Of a DNA stretch of 64,000 nucleotides, positions 64,000-64,000 are shown piece by piece. The stretch spans positions 32,001 to 96,000 of IMG/VR virus record IMGVR_UViG_3300032308_002092, one strand, 5' to 3'. The notes beneath the pieces were generated by a model. That model was not told the DNA's origin. It made no database searches and saw only the letters and a program-made list of their open reading frames with translations. Both the position numbers and the translations under genes were made by a program. This DNA is from a virus. Every line of letters begins with the position of its first letter. The first letter of the stretch is position 1.

Positions 64000-64000
64000 C

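Noticed and set aside
1-64000. Stop-codon reassignment, tRNA genes, and the many short antisense ORFs in the track
   Set aside because: Known genes are intact under code 11 with all three stops used; no cloverleaf recognised; antisense ORFs overlap well-supported genes and lack RBSs.

Overview
A 64-kb segment of a large (probably jumbo) dsDNA tailed phage. From 1 to ~22 kb (+ strand) it carries late virion genes: scaffold, a SPO1/Twort-like major capsid protein, many probable internal head proteins, a neck protein and several fibre proteins. From ~22 to 64 kb (mostly - strand) it carries short early/middle genes: nucleotide metabolism (dCMP deaminase-UDG fusion, a thymidylate-synthase-family enzyme with the dCMP-type Asp, ThyX, nrdB/nrdA), DNA ligase, RNase HI, AAA ATPases, proteases, lytic transglycosylases and lipoproteins. 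The most striking structure is at the right end. One gene (63313-63819) is bracketed by two complete type II hammerhead ribozymes, each starting immediately after a TAA stop codon. They are predicted to cut out a 592-nt mRNA with ligatable ends, possibly forming a circular RNA. Other highlights: (1) a tandem array of eight hypervariable Gly/Asp/Tyr-rich mini-proteins with fixed termini (I[DNT]GxG ... PS[DE]x), plus an orphan ninth copy; (2) an HNH-like gene that displaced and duplicated the CxxC tail of nrdA; (3) a CCGA promoter-like motif in front of about 13 minus-strand genes, plus two sigma-region-2-like proteins; (4) KNGQWxLxK and LxK-[SAG] maturation motifs in head-region proteins; (5) two further unclassified structured intergenic RNAs. 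All calls come from reading the sequence by eye; no database searches or folding programs were run.
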